A stretch of 34,997 nucleotides of DNA from a virus (Duplodnaviria; Caudoviricetes), in the IMG/VR virus record IMGVR_UViG_3300020045_004338, positions 1-34,997 of that record. The stretch is one strand, 5' to 3'. The stretch's first letter is position 1; each line of letters begins with the position of its first letter. This document shows positions 34,289 through 34,997 of this stretch, one piece after another. The translations under genes were made by a program, and so were the position numbers. The notes under the pieces were generated by a model that worked only from the letters and a program-made list of their open reading frames with translations, ran no database searches and was not told the origin of the DNA.

Positions 34289-34423
34289 ATGGACAGGTAT
34301 GGGACAGACGTAATCCTCGAAGCCACGGTGGGTCGTGAAGTACGCCGCCGTGTCGACTGGACGGACCCTCCCGCAGAAGGCGAATGGGACACGACCGCGT
34401 CCCTCGCCGGCGACGACGAATGA
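34289..34423 (+). CDS. Small acidic protein (44 aa)
   Basis: AAGGA RBS; ATGA coupling to the next gene. Confidence 0.55.
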   Translation: MDRYGTDVILEATVGREVRRRVDWTDPPAEGEWDTTASLAGDDE

Positions 34424-34548
34424 AGTTCACCCTCGGACTCCTCACCGGCCTCACCCTGTACCACCACGTCACACACGCCAGATGGGTACAGAAACTCCTC
34501 TGGTACCTGTTCACAGCTGACACAAGACCCCGAAGAAGGCGCACATGA
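34420..34548 (+). CDS. Small membrane protein (42 aa)
   Basis: MKFTLGLLTGLTLY...LLWYLF; ATGA coupling at both ends. Confidence 0.55.
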   Translation: MKFTLGLLTGLTLYHHVTHARWVQKLLWYLFTADTRPRRRRT

Positions 34549-34688
34549 TCGGCATGTACCCGTGCGGATGGTGCGGCGGCGAATACCCCTCACGCCTCGC
34601 AGCCGCCGACTGTGAGGACCAGGACCGCATCGAAGACGACGACCGACGCAACGGACGCCTACTCGGCATCAACCGCGGCCTCGAATGA
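34545..34688 (+). CDS. Small zinc-finger-like protein (47 aa)
   Basis: YPCGWCGGEYPSRLAAADC; ATGA coupling. Confidence 0.6.
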   Translation: MIGMYPCGWCGGEYPSRLAAADCEDQDRIEDDDRRNGRLLGINRGLE

Positions 34689-34765
34689 CCGACCTCGTGC
34701 AAAGCCTCAGCATCGCCCTCATCGGACTGGCGCTCATCATCCACATGCGAACCGGACGCGGCTAA
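34685..34765 (+). CDS. Hydrophobic micro-protein (26 aa)
   Basis: MTDLVQSLSIALIGLALIIHMRTGRG; ATGA and TAATG coupling. Confidence 0.5.
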   Translation: MTDLVQSLSIALIGLALIIHMRTGRG

Positions 34766-34997
34766 TGGCATCCGCGAAGTACGGGGCCGCGCACCAGAAA
34801 CTCCGCGCCCAATGGAAGACGCAGGTAGACGCCGGGGGCATCCACTGCCACCACCTACCCGCGTGCCTCGAACCCGACACCCGCATCCTCCCCGGTGCGA
34901 AGTTCGACCTCGGCCACAGGGACGATGACCCCACTGATACGTCGCGGTTTGTTGGGCGCGTTGTTTCCAGATGCGTGATGTGCCGCGGTTGCATCGG
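34765..34997 (+). CDS. Terminal HNH endonuclease, partial, with its C-terminus inverted
   Basis: MASAKYGAAHQKLRAQW...C...C...FDLGH.DD to about 34935; the minus strand of 34933-34996 reads RCNRGTSRIWKQRAQQTATYQ, the expected HNH ending. Confidence 0.7.
   Translation, partial: MASAKYGAAHQKLRAQWKTQVDAGGIHCHHLPACLEPDTRILPGAKFDLGHRDDDPTDTSRFVGRVVSRCVMCRGCI

Overview
Near-complete genome of a temperate, high-GC actinobacterial siphovirus (host probably Microbacteriaceae-like; inference). Order: terminase, portal, HK97-type protease and capsid, head-tail genes, a compact tail module (404-aa tape measure), M23 endolysin and holin, a second fibre-like module with a GDPD domain, an intact attP (3' part of tRNA-Thr(CGT)), tyrosine integrase, repressor/Cro switch, excisionase, then an early/replication region (ParB-like, ERF, DUF6745 pair, resolvase, HNH, Rep, SSB), a metallophosphoesterase and a terminal HNH. 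The most unusual signals are non-coding. (1) A ~560-nt nested-helix RNA closed by a tRNA-like domain (18980-19537). (2) A 72-nt tRNA-like element with the same termini (21149-21220). (3) A 150-nt mini-tmRNA with G3:U70 but no apparent tag region (32321-32470). (4) An array of small genes joined by a repeated GAACAGGAGCA...ATG boundary motif (28670-30753). Both window ends carry inverted fragments of terS and HNH that look like fold-back chimeras. All calls come from reading motifs and hand-pairing bases; no searches or folding programs were run.
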